From the NCBI RefSeq assembly GCF_009914755.1, contig NC_060928.1: DNA of 64,000 bases; one strand, written 5' to 3'. The number at the start of each line of letters is the position of its first letter. Positions within the stretch are counted from its first letter, which is position 1. Shown here in pieces: positions 54,978-64,000 of the stretch. This stretch comes from the human T2T-CHM13v2.0 reference genome, Homo sapiens. The notes under the pieces are model-generated. The model had not been told where the DNA came from. It ran no database searches and saw only the letters and a program-made list of their open reading frames with translations. Position numbers and translations under genes: made by a program.

Positions 54978-57434
54978 TAATAGTCCTTACCATTTTGTGT
55001 CCCATGCTGGAATTGCGCAGTTGAGATTTGTTTTTTTTGTTTTGTTTTTTGTTTTTTATCTTTAATGCTGACGGCAAATTTCCTGTTACATTGCATCTTA
55101 TATTGATTTAAAGAAGATTTTTTAGGGAATTCAAAGTCCTCTGTAGTGTGTCTAACAGATCAGTTTCCATTTGAATTCCAAAATCAAATACACACACTGG
55201 TATTTTGTTCAGAAAAGGGTTAAGGACTTAACAAACATGAAGTTTAAAAAAGTTTTTATAAATCCCATTCCAAATATCATTCAAGTTATCTGATTCTTTT
55301 AAATGACTCAGGGTATTTTCTACACTACACTTGTTTTTGGATTAAACCGTCATCTTTAGTTGTGATTATGTGAAGCTATCTGGAAGTAAAAGTTAATCTT
55401 GTCAACAAATAAGGTTCCTATGGATGTCTGTTTCTATTCCAAATGTGAAAATCTTTATTTACATCTTACTTTTTCTATAACTATCTATATTAAAAAGGCA
55501 TAGAAAGACTGTTTTTCTTTTATGTGAAAATCTTAAGGCTATTTTTACTCTGAGCTGTAGCTTATAAACATATATACGGAAGCAATTCAAACCCTATCAA
55601 CCTCTATGAGAGATCTGACTGTTTTTTCTTAAAATTATCTCTAGTGACTAGCCTAGTGAAAATCATTGTTGACATTTAATAAATAATTATGGAATGCAGG
55701 AATGAACGTCAGTAATAGCAGCAATAGTGGTATACACTTTTTCTCTCTGACCTTCCACTGCAGAATAATTTGGACTCCAAGTCTGTGTTTCCTGTTCTAA
55801 AGGCAAACTCACTAATGTCATCCTAGAGGATATTTTGATGACTATAAAAATTATTCTGTGACAGGTTCCAGCATTATTCTCTGCTTTTTCATCTGGCACC
55901 CTTTATCTGCCACTGCTACTACTATGGTCCCTAGAGTCAGCCTAGTAATTCTTGCAGTCAACATATTGATATCATTCTTCTGAGAGCTGGTGATGCTAAC
56001 ATAAACCTTTCTTCAAGTATTAATGATGTCTTTAAGGAAGTGAATGTCCTGGAGATGTTAGCAATGGCCTCTATCCTCTTTGCCCTTATTATACCCCATT
56101 TTCTGGGGCTCAGTTATTGATTCTAAAATATTTCTTGGCTTTCTCCAAAGAACCATTGGCTCCTGGAGTTTCAACATGGTTCTCCCAGTTAATGGGGTTC
56201 GGGTTGAGAGATGGATCCAAGTGGGTGAATGAACATGTATTTTTGGGGAAGGGAGGAGGAGGGTGGACATTTTAAGGCTTACTGGGTACTCATAGCATGT
56301 TAATGAATTTGTGTTCAGAATAAGTATACACTATGGCTTTGAGGATGAGTTATTTTCCTTTATATCATCTGTTAAAAATGAATTTGTTTTTTGATGATTA
56401 ATATAAATAGAAATTTATAGTTCATATTTCTATTCCATTTTAGGAGCCAAAGCTCCCCCTGCCTTATAACCTCATTCTATACAGTATTATTGCAGAGAAA
56501 TTTCATTTTATTTTCTCCCACCAGCCTGGTGTTAATGGGCACATCAATCCGGGTTTGAATCCAGCTCATTTTTTTAAATAAAATGTATAAACATAACTAG
56601 CTACTCAAAATCTCTGGGCCTTGAGAGTTGCATCATGAAGATAAGAATTCTACCTCACACAGTTTTTGTCAAGATTAAATAAGATAATATATATAAAGCA
56701 TCAATAAGTAGTATGAGTAGAGCCATAAACCTTTCTCATAAGATGGCCCTGAAGATTACCTGAGACAATTTATATGTGAGGGATTTGTAATTATAAAGCT
56801 TTATTGTTTAATATTTCCTAATCTTAATGTAAAGTTGTGACATAATAAAAAGAAGAAACAATAAAAGAGGTAGATAATAATTTCTATTCTTTGTTAGTCT
56901 GTTGATAAGGAGGGCTAATGAGTTCGAAACTGCAAATCAAGTCCTCAAATATTTATTATACCATGTTGATTCAGTTTTCTGATTTACTAGAGGGCTAGTG
57001 AAAATGCTCTTCTGAATGAATTTATAATAGAAAATATCTAAGTGAAATTTGTTTGTACTATATATTTCTTTCAACCCAAATTAGAAACAGCTGACAATTG
57101 ATTAGACAGAGAGCAGCTAATAATAATACGATGTATTTTGGTTCAAGCTTACAAGGTCTTGGCCAGCTTCTATTAAAAAAACAACCAACAAACAAATAAT
57201 AACCTTTTCACCTGATAAAGTTCATTGGAGTTTCATGAAATTGAGAACTATGACACATGGAATGTGGTTGTGGATTCTTATTCAAGAAACTAGTCTTGAA
57301 CATTTCACACAGCAGCTTTTTATTCTCTGTCATTGATTTCTAATTTATACAGGCAGATAAGACATCAGAGGTCTTTTAGGTCAACATTTCACAAAAGGCC
57401 ACACTTCTTCTATAATATCTTGGGCAAGAATCCA

Positions 57435-57560
57435 TATATATATATATGTATGTGTGTGTGTATGTATATACTATATATGTATGTATATATACGCATATAC
57501 TATATATGTATATAGTATATACATATATATATACACACACTATATATGGATATATATATA
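57435..57560. repeat. Compound (TA)/(TG)/(CA) alternating purine-pyrimidine repeat
   Basis: Seen directly; it accounts for the Y/I/C/V-rich spurious ORFs here. Confidence 0.9.
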
Positions 57561-57904
57561 GTAACTGCCTTCCAGGAAGGCCTGCATCACTGAGAAAAAC
57601 AGTCCTCACAATCTATAACTTTAAATAGATTCCATTAATGTCTCAGTCTGTATTTGTTCTTAATTGTGCTACTAGTCTCATTAAGTTTCTCTTACTCGAA
57701 GGTAGATACTGATCTCATCTACCATCTTGTTTCGGCTTGTACCAAAGAAATCTGTGTAAATGAGCATTAAGTCGATGAGTTCTGATTTGCTAAACTTGGT
57801 AGCAAACTACCCTAAGTAAACTAGACAAATTTTTTTTTCTGCCTTGCTTTAACCAAGATCTTTTGCATAAGTAGAAAAAATATGATTTTTAAAATGCAGC
57901 TGAA

Positions 57905-58765
57905 TTTTTTATGCATTCATTCAACAATTATTTATTGAGCACCTTCTATTTGTCAAGCAGTACATTAGTCACTGGGATGGACAGAAATGAAAACAAATGC
58001 CTTCATGGAGTTTGCATTATAGTGGGTATAAACAATAAACAAAATAAACAAGCTCTGTGGTATGTTCAGTAGTGAGAATTGTTAAGGAGAAAAAATAAAG
58101 TAGGAGAAGAGGATGGGAAATACCGAGAAGCAAGGTAATCTGCTTTATTAAATCAGGTAGCCAGGGAAGGCTTCACTAAGAAAATAACATTTGAATACAA
58201 ACTTTAAGCAGGTTGGAGAGGGGAGAGTATGTGTACGTCTGAGTAAAGTGTTTTTAGAAAGAGGGTCAGCCAGTACAAAGGCCCTGAGGTAGAAGCATGC
58301 CTAGATGTTCCAAGAATATGAAGGAGGCCAGTATGGATTCAGAAATAAGGGATAATATCAGAAGTGCAACAAGGTCAAGAGGTAAAAGATCTGGAGGTAG
58401 AGAGCAGATGAATCATGTAGGGTCTAGCAATGCAAAGTATGGTCCTGTGGACTAGCAGTGTCTGCATCACGTGAGAGCTTCCTAAAAATATAGACTCTTA
58501 TGCCCCTATCCCAGCCTTTCTAAACGTGAATCTCATTTTAACAATATCCATAGGTGGTTCATATGCATATTAAAGTTTGAGTTGTGCTAACACAGGCTGT
58601 CTAGAACATCCTAAGTTGGCTTTTTCTCTGGTGGGATATCAAACCTCAGGAGAGTTTTGAACTGAAGAGCAACATGATAACATATTTTGGCAAATCATAT
58701 GACTATTGTGCTGAAACAAACGGAAGATGGCAACATGGAAGCTGGAAGCCAGTTAGGAGGCCATG
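57905..58765 (-). mobile_element. L2 fragment with nested MER5
   Basis: cattcattcaacaattatttattgagcacc...gccagggaaggcttcac...caaaggccctgagg...gccagttaggagg. Confidence 0.82.
58425..58590. mobile_element. MER5A-like hAT-Charlie MITE
   Basis: caaagtatggtcc...agcag...gcatcac...gaatctcattttaaca...atgcatattaaagtttgag. Confidence 0.75.
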
Positions 58766-60104
58766 ATGGTGACTCAGCAACATTCTGAAATTACACCATG
58801 GGAAGTTCATTTCTCTTAAAACGCAAATACATCTTAAAAGACTATGACTTTGAGTAGTTACTGGCATTAGCACCTTAGTGGAATTTAGTCTATTAGATTA
58901 TTTTAGATGGGCCTAGGACATAAACAGATACAGCTTCTGAGAGCAGTTGTAGAAACTTCCAGGTGGCAGGTAAGGATCTGACCAGAAATCAAGGATCATG
59001 TGCAGCACTAAAATAGGGAAGTCCCTGATTATTATGAGGGCCATATTCACTTCCCATTAATCTATTATAACTCTTGGGGAAAAACAAATCATTCTAGAAT
59101 CTCAGCATAGAAGACCACTAGAGAAGTAAATAAAACCAGGATTGGTAGGATTTGTAAGTGAATAATACTTCAGACTATGAAGTTCCAAGGGGATGTACAC
59201 TCAAATGGATACCATAGTAACAGGGAAGTCGGTGGTGGTGCCAGCACCAGCAGTATTCATTCATAAAGATAGCATTAATGTATAGGCTGTCTGTCCACAG
59301 AAGTCCAAGAGCAATATGGGGAAAGGGGTGCTATTACTGGGGGGAACTCACAAGCTCCAAACTGGGCATCAGGGCTGCAACCAAGCCACTGGACTTCAGG
59401 GCCTAGCTCTAATCCTAGCTGGAAAACTGAAGTATTAAAATGGAAGCCAAGGCAAAAGATTAGTCATAACAATATGGGCCAGTGTCATGGGTTTTAGAAG
59501 ACTGAGGAAGGAAGACAAATCCCAGACCCTAAGAACTAGTGAGTAAGCTTACCCCAGTTTTATTCAGCTCTGGCTGAAAAACTCAGTGGACTTGAACCTG
59601 CTATTTTACATACTCATTCAACACATATTCAGTGAATACCTATTGTTTCCAAGTCTCTGTTCTAGGCATTAGAAGGTGTAATAGAACAGGTAAAGTTCCT
59701 GCCTAAATGGAGATTATATTGTAGTGAAGAGAAGATAACAGACAAGCATAAATGTGTGCTCTAAAGAAAAACTGGAAGGGTAAGAATGGAAAAAAAAAAG
59801 CAGATCATGAAGAGGATGTTGCCATCCCACATTGGGAGGTTGGGAAATACTTCTCTGAGAAACTGATGTTTGAATGGAGACCTGAAAGAGGACAGGGGGT
59901 GAACCATGCATATAGTTTGGAGAGAGGGGACAGGAAGTGCTCCAGGCAGAGGGAATGCTCATTACAAAATTCCTGAGGCAGAAGCTAGCTTGGCATACTG
60001 GAGAGAAATGTCAAGAAGATCAGTGAGGTTGGAGCAGGTTGCACAGAGAGGGGGTTAGGGGATGGAGAGGCAGATGGATATGATCAGAGTGGGAGGTGGG
60101 CAGG

Positions 60105-60241
60105 ATGGAGGCCATTGAAAAGGCTGATGCTTGGGCCCCACTAAAGTCCAAATTGTATCTTAATTGGTAAATGGAAGGCAGCTAAATTTCTCACATTCCT
60201 CCAAGTGATTCTGATTCACAATAAGGGTTGACAATCACTGA
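60105..60241. mobile_element. MER5-like MITE fragment
   Basis: gatgcttgggccccac...ttaattgg...ccaagtgattctgat...agggttgacaatcactg. Confidence 0.6.
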
Positions 60242-62740
60242 TATAATATTCTATGAGTGATTTTAATGACCTTAGTTACTCTGAGATGAGAAACCAGTGC
60301 AGAGTTTTGAGCAGAAGAGTGACGCAACATAACTTTTTAAAGGTCCGCTCTAGATGCTGTGTGGAGACCAGGGGGCTCAAGGGTGGGAGCGGGGAGCTTA
60401 GTGAGGAGGCCACTGTAATAATCCAAGTGTGACATGAGGCGGGGGTGGACCAGAGTGATTATGGTGAAAGTGATGAGAAGGGATTAAATTTAAACATATT
60501 TTGAAGGTAGCACTGACAAGATTTTCTAAAAGAGTAAATGTGGGGTGAAAAAGAGGAGTTAGGGATGACTTCAATATCTTTGGCTTACGTAGGTGGAGGG
60601 ATGGAGTTGCCATTTATTGAGATTGAGAAAACCATGACAAGAGTAGGTTTGATAAGTCAAATGAGAATTTGTCTCTGGCATGGTAGTTAATATGAAATGC
60701 TTACTCATTACGCAGGCAAAGTTTATATTTAAGGCCACAAGGCTGGATGTGGTCACTGAGGATATGAGTATATCTGGAAAAGAAAAACATATAAACACAA
60801 TTTAATATTTAGAGGAGGCAGAGACAGAGAGGGCATAACAAAGCATCAGGAAACTATCAGCTAGTGAGGTAAGATGGAAAACAAGAGAGAGTAAGTGGTG
60901 GTTTAAAAACCAAAAGAAAAGAAGAATTTCAAGAAGTTCAGAGGATCAACTGTCTGTCAAATGATGCTCATGATAAAGGGTGATGAATGCTAAAAATTAA
61001 TTTTAGTTTTGGAAACCAGCAGTCACTGGTGACCTGACAACAACAGGCCTGGTAGAGTAGAAGAAGAGATTAGGGAAAGATTAGAGAAAAGAAAAGAAGT
61101 AAAAGAGAGGATGTGGAGATTATGAGACTAGAAAGAAGAGATTATGAGAACCAGGTACTGGAAAAAAAATGCCTGTACAAATAATCGAATCACCAAGAAT
61201 AAACACAGAACTAATATTTGAGAGAGTGACAGAGAGCCAAGTGATAAAATCTTCAAGCCACGTTGGAGGAGTGACACTGGTAACTGTAGTAAAACTACAA
61301 GGAGATACTATAGCTCTTTTTAAAGGAGTAACTCCTTTTTAAAGAAATTTTGCTGAAAGAAAATGCTGAGTAATGAGAGGAGTTTCTGGAGTAGGATGTC
61401 AGGTTTGGGGAAATTTTTTACGAAAGAAGACATATACAGTATCTGTATATTGATGGGAGTATGCAATAAAGAGAAGGAAACCCATAATACAGGAAAAAGA
61501 CTGCAGTATTGCTGGAGAACTTTCTTTGATTAGGAGATAAGTTATGGCATCTTAGTGCACAGGTAGACGGTTTGGACTTAGAAGCACAGTCCATCCATAG
61601 TAAGAGGAGAGAAGGACATAAGTTAGAAGATGTGGTGGTGGGAGCATAAGGAAGTTCATCCTTGACTGCTTGTATTATATTTAAACCAAAGTCATCACCA
61701 AAGTGTAAGCAGCAGGGCAGAGATTCTGGAGATTTGAAGAAAGAGAAAATAGGAATGGCTGTCCTGGAGAATCAAAGAGATAGTAAACTACTAAAATATA
61801 ATAAACTTTCTAGACAAGACTGAAGGGGTTTGTAATCGGTGGTCATGACTATAAATTGGGACCAGTCAGCATGATTGTGAGTATTTGTCTAGCCATCATC
61901 TTCAGCTGACTGAGCATAAGTGCAAAGTCCACAAAGAGTATATTTCACCAGAATTAGTGTTTCCAGAAAAGTATGATAGAAGATAATAGGAGCAAGAAAG
62001 GAAATTAAGAGCACATGCAAAAAAAACATAATTATTGTTATGAATCATGGAATCTGTGCTATATAAAAGGAAAGTGATGATACAAGGGAATTGAGGATAT
62101 GAAAAGGGTGGCAGGAACAATGCATTGCGGGCCTAGATGGGACTGGAATTCTTGGAATCAGCAAACAAGAAGGATAAAATTGGAAGTAACATGAAGCTTG
62201 TTCTGAGATGACACGTTTGAAGTTGAAATGATGAAGAGAATACAGTTATTGAAATTGATGACAAGGGATTTGGTAGCTCAGGTAGTAGAAAAGACAAAAT
62301 CTTTGGAGAAGAGGAAGACTTGAGACTGAAAAAGAAAGTACTGGAAAGAGATGCTTATGTGAATAATCAAATCGCCAAGAAGAAACGCAGAACTCCTATT
62401 TGAGAGAGTGACAGAAAGCCAAGTGATAAAAATATTCAAATAATGTTGGAGGAGTGTTGCAGGGTCAGTTAGTGACCACTCAGTAACACTGAGTGGCAGG
62501 TAGTAAAGTCTGATAACATAAGCTTCAAAGCTGGAGAATTTTCGGGACAAGGGTCTAGAAATGGTTTGAGGGGCAAAGAGGATACCAACACTGGATCCTG
62601 TCCCAGTGGTATGAGTGTTGTAGCAGAGAAAAATAATCACCACAAGACCACAGGCAATGCAGTATCCCCAGAAGATAAGTACATTCTACTTAGCAAAATA
62701 AAGTAAAAGGAAATTTCAAAAAACAAATGGAGGTTATAGG

Positions 62741-62870
62741 TAAGGTGATTATTTTTCCTAGTTTGCTTGGGACAGTCTCGATTTTGCCACTTGTCCCAGT
62801 GTTATTAACTGTATTCCCACTCACTCTCAAGAGTATTACCATTATGACAACAAATTATGTGACCTCCCTA
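62741..62870 (-). mobile_element. MER94-like hAT-Blackjack MITE
   Basis: taaggtga...gtttgcttgggacagtc...ttgtccc...tcactctcaa...aaattatgtgacctcccta, with degenerate TAGGGTGACC terminal inverted repeats. Confidence 0.75.
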
Positions 62871-63119
62871 GATACACACATCCTGCTGATAATAAAGTTT
62901 CATAGAGCAGAGTAGAAGAACCTGGAGAGTTGTAGAGGAATAGGAAAACTGGTCAAAATCAAGGGATGCGCAGATCCATATCAGTGAGATTTAAACAGTA
63001 ATCTGGAAATTTCAGACTTTCCATGAGGGCAGCATTTAGGAATCCAGGACCAACACAGACTCTAGGCAAATTATGTTGATAAGATGAGTGTAGGTTGGCA
63101 GGAGGGGTGAGCATATTGC

Positions 63120-63350
63120 CAGGTGCTTACTGAGGTGTGGGGCCCCTCTTCATCCCTGACAGTGGCAGTGGAAGCTTGGCTAACAGCAATCTCACCAGCA
63201 GCTGAAAGTCTTGAGGGCATTGCTTCCCACAGCTGAGTGAGGCTGGGAAAGATAGCAGCTGATGCATGCTAGACTTAAGGATGAAGCAGCTCTGCACCAT
63301 GTTGCACAAAGGAAAAAAGGCTGTGAGTAGAAAACAGATTTCAGCTGTTA
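63120..63350. promoter_or_regulatory. Candidate bHLH/RBPJ enhancer (motif cluster only)
   Basis: Four CAGCTG, one CAGGTG and two TGGGAA cores within 230 bp of sequence I cannot assign to a repeat; no functional data. Confidence 0.3.
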
Positions 63351-64000
63351 CACAGCTTCATCTATACTTCGTCCTGACCTTGCATGTCGGCCATATCCTC
63401 TTTTCTGCTTGTTCCATTCCCCTTCCTCCTAGAGCTATAAGCATCATTTGTCATTGAGTAAAAATGCCAAAGTAGATGACAATTAATGAGCCATCAGCAG
63501 AAGGAGGGTGAGGGCTAATTGGAGCTTTAGTGAGCAACTTGCTAATATATTAACTAGGTATATGACCTCAAAATCTGGGTTAGGCCCTTATTACAGAAAT
63601 AAACAAACTGAAAATGGCTTGGGGTAAAACAAGACAACAAACTCAACAGCTTTGGTTCTACGAAAACGCCAAGCCTGGGCTGTCATACCACTGGACTTGG
63701 AGGGAGCAGTGTATTTGCTGCATTTGCCCTTTTGCCAAATGATTCCAACAAATACATGATTCACTTCAGTACTACACCCTGCAGCTGAGAGCTCCGATAC
63801 CACTGGCATATTTTCTGCTCTCTAGAAATCAGAGTTTTTAGGTCTGTGTCAGTCATCACACAAAGAAAGAAGAGAACTGCACAGTGGGAGAATAAAAAAG
63901 ATGTAGAGATCATTTCCAGCAGCCGTGCTAATGCATTTTTAATAGTAGAGTTGGATTTTTTTAAATTATTATTAAGACTTATTTTTGTTTTTAACAATCC

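Larger units (their letters stand above)
59610..63000 (-). mobile_element. Long L2 remnant (~3.4 kb) with nested MER5 and MER94
   Basis: Continuous purine-rich L2 landmarks from ctcattcaacacatattc...gaatacct through gatggagttgccattta and ggtcactggtgacc; the distal boundary is approximate. Confidence 0.75.

Noticed and set aside
57333-57628. Overlapping Y/I/C/V-rich ORFs
   Set aside because: Translation of a (TA/TG/CA) simple repeat.
62278-62643. 121-aa minus-strand ORF
   Set aside because: It lies within the decayed L2; any similarity (LLGDL) would be an L2 endonuclease relic.

Overview
This is human (or great-ape) genomic DNA from inside GRID2 (ionotropic glutamate receptor delta-2, GluD2), transcribed on the + strand. 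It holds two coding exons that the ORF track misses. The first, 30178-30316 (139 nt), encodes the end of the M2-M3 loop and the M3 helix with the SYTANLAAF gate and the Lurcher alanine. The second, 54761-54956 (196 nt), encodes the start of the S2 ligand-binding lobe. They splice in frame across a 24.4-kb GT-AG intron. The rest is AT-rich intron filled with Alu, L1, L2, MIR, solo LTRs, DNA-transposon fossils and microsatellites; the listed ORFs are chance or repeat-derived. I see no evidence of a new multi-gene system. The most noteworthy observations are: (1) a ~363-bp local duplication (~97% identical) in which one copy carries an L1PA insertion without a target-site duplication (TSD) and the other preserves the empty site; (2) two AluSp elements inverted 43 bp apart; (3) an E-box/RBPJ motif cluster with PTF1-type spacing near 63.2 kb; and (4) several candidate cryptic splice features. 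Repeat subfamilies and residue numbers are from recall, not from a database search.
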